Shown in pieces: positions 61,806 to 64,000 of a DNA stretch of 64,000 bases. Under the pieces are notes generated by a model that was given only the letters and a program-made list of their open reading frames with translations, made no database searches and was not told where the DNA came from. The position numbers and the translations under genes were made by a program. The stretch lies in contig CAWFFN010000008.1 in assembly GCA_963815115.1 (NCBI GenBank), positions 768,001 through 832,000 of the forward strand, given 5' to 3'. Each line of letters begins with the position of its first letter. Position 1 is the stretch's first letter. The DNA is from an uncultured delta proteobacterium (GTDB taxonomy: Bacteria > Desulfobacterota > Binatia > DP-6).

Positions 61806-64000
61806 ATGGGGGAGTACCGAGCCAGCGCGGCTGGAGAGCACCGAACTCGCCACCGGCGAGACCGCCGCCGGCGGCCGCCTGGTCCAGAACTGGGGGGACG
61901 CGCACGAGCGCGCGCTGGCGTACCTGGACGCGCTCGGCCTGCCGGACGAGGAGCGGAGCGAGATCGCCCTGGTCGCCGTGCAGGAGGCGTCGGCGCGGCC
62001 CTGGACGCCGCGGAGCAACGCCGTGGCCGCGACCCTCGAGGAGGTGCGGCGGCGGCTCGCCGGTGACGACGACGGCCGGCAGGCCTTCGTGCGCTGGCGG
62101 CTCGTGCGCGAGTTCGGCACCGGCGCCGAGGCCGGGCTCGCGGCCACTCCGCCGCTGCGCCGCACGCCGATGGGCTACGAGCTCATCCGCCGCCGCTCGG
62201 GCGACGGGCGCAGCCGCCGGCGCGGCGGGACCGGGTCCGCCGCCGAGTCCGTCCTCTACGGCCGCCCGTTGCGGCGGCTGCGCCGCTCTCTCGCGTGGAC
62301 GCGCGCGGCGCACCGCAGGAGGCTGCTGCTCGTGCTGCTGGTCCTCGTGCCGACCACGGTCGCCAGCGCGTTCATGGTGAACGTGCTGCCGCACCAGGGG
62401 GGAACCTGGCTCGAGGTGGCGATCGTCGCCTTCTTCGGCGTGCTCTTCGGCTGGGTGTCCGTCGGCTTCTGGACCGCGCTGTTCGGCTTCGTGACGCTCG
62501 CGCGCGGCCGCGACCGCTTCGCGATCACCGGGCTTGCCGCGGGGGATCCGGCGGGGGCGGCGGGCCCGCCGTCGGCCGACCCGAACGAGATGCCGACGGC
62601 GATCATCATGCCGATCGCCAACGAGCCGGTGGAACGCGTGTTCGCGGGCCTCCAGGCCATCTACCGCTCGCTCGAGCGCGCGGGCGCCGTCGAGCGCTTC
62701 CACTTCTTCGTCCTGAGCGACTCGAACGATCCCGACGTGATGGTGGCGGAGGAGGCGGCATGGGCCGCGTGGTGCCGCGCGGTCGACGGGTTCGGGCGCA
62801 TCTTCTACCGCCGGCGGCGGGCCCGCATCGAGCGCAAGAGCGGCAACGTCGCCGACTTCTGCCGGCGCTGGGGCGCGCACTACCGGTACATGGTCACGCT
62901 CGACGCCGACAGCCTGATGGCCGGCCCCACCATCGTGCGCCTCGTCGAGCTGATGGACATGCACCCGCATGTCGGCATGATCCAGACCGCCGCCACGGCG
63001 GTGAACCGCCGCTCGCTGTTCGCGCGCCTGCAGCAGTTCGCGAGCCATGTCTACGGGCCGATGTTCGCCGCCGGGCTGCACTGGTGGCAGCTCGGCGACG
63101 GACAGTACTGGGGACACAACACGATCATCCGCGTCGCGCCCTTCATGGCGCACTGCGGGCTGCCGCGGCTCCGGGGACGGGAGCCGCTCGGCGGGGAGAT
63201 ACTGAGCCACGACTTCGTCGAAGCGGCGCTCATGGGACGCGCCGGCTGGGGCATCTGGCTGGCGTACGACCTCGGCGGCAGCTGGGAGGAGGTGCCGTCG
63301 ACCTTGCTCGAGGAGATGAAACGCGACCGGCGCTGGTGTCAGGGGAACCTCCAGCATCTGCGGCTGCTGTTCACGGAGGGCCTCTTCGGCGCGCATCGCG
63401 CGCTCTTCCTGAACGGCGTCTTCTCGTACGTCTCGGCGGCGCTGTGGTTCGCCTTCCTGAGCCTCTCGACCGTGGAGGCCATCGACAACGCGCTGCGCGC
63501 GCCCGACTATTTCCCGCACGGGCCGAGCCTCTTTCCGGAGTGGCCCATCTGGCGTCCCGACTGGGCGATGTGGCTGATGGCGGTGATCGGCGTCCTGCTC
63601 TTCCTGCCGAAGTTGCTCGCGATCCTGCTCATCTGGCTCGGGCGGCGGGAGGCCCGGGCCTACGGCGGCCTCGCCCGGCTTTCGCTCTCCGTGCTGCTCG
63701 AGATCCTCGTCTCGAGCCTGCTCGCGCCCATCCGGATGGCATTCCACACGCGCTTCGTGCTGACGAACCTCCTCGGGCGCACCGTCGGCTGGGGCTCGTC
63801 GGGACGGGAGGAGGCGGAGACGGGCTGGAGTCAGGCGCTTCGACATCACGGCTTCGACTCGCTCGTCGCCAGCGTCTGGGGCGCCGGGCTGTACTGGCTC
63901 AACCCGGGCTACTTCTGGTGGGTCACGCCGATCATCGGGGCGCTCCTCCTCTCCGTCCCGCTCTCGGTCGTGCTCAGCCGCGTCCGTCTGGGCGACGTCA
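61806..64000 (+). CDS. opgH: glucans biosynthesis glucosyltransferase H (partial; apparent extra G just after the ATG)
   Basis: Frame 1 open to the window end: RKSGNVADFCRRWG, LDADS, YWGHN, ILSHDFVEAA, RDRRWCQGNLQH. Confidence 0.95.

Noticed and set aside
61444-63849. 801-aa minus-strand ORF
   Set aside because: Antisense shadow of opgH, which the ORF track misses because it runs off the window

Overview
High-GC bacterial window. The gene repertoire (DUF6351, LLM oxidoreductases, P450s, Cys-rich secreted fragments) is reminiscent of Candidatus Binatia; that is an inference only. From about 2 kb to 60 kb it reads as a decayed, multiply stacked accessory or genomic-island region, and it ends at the housekeeping opgG-opgH operon. 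The organising signal is five copies of the 3' part of a tRNA-Thr(CGT) gene, each starting exactly at the anticodon loop. Each copy is preceded by one of two conserved ~200-bp arm sequences (type A x3, type B x2), and no intact tRNA or intact integrase is present. Every type A end abuts an intact type II toxin-antitoxin module: two near-identical AbrB/RelE-like copies and one Gp49-like RelE/HTH pair. Two type A ends face each other around a SWIM-SNF2 helicase and a TOTE-type primase-helicase. Also present are two tyrosine-integrase remnants, a complete and a decayed IS3, five IS110 remnants, one decayed attC-like site, a cluster of toxin-disabled TA loci around a 789-aa SEC-C protein, intact metabolic cargo (Ntn acylase, LLMs, methyltransferases, patatin, amidohydrolase, ftsH, mgtA) and more than 20 abutting gene fragments. 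All family calls come from motif recognition by eye, and fragment boundaries are approximate.
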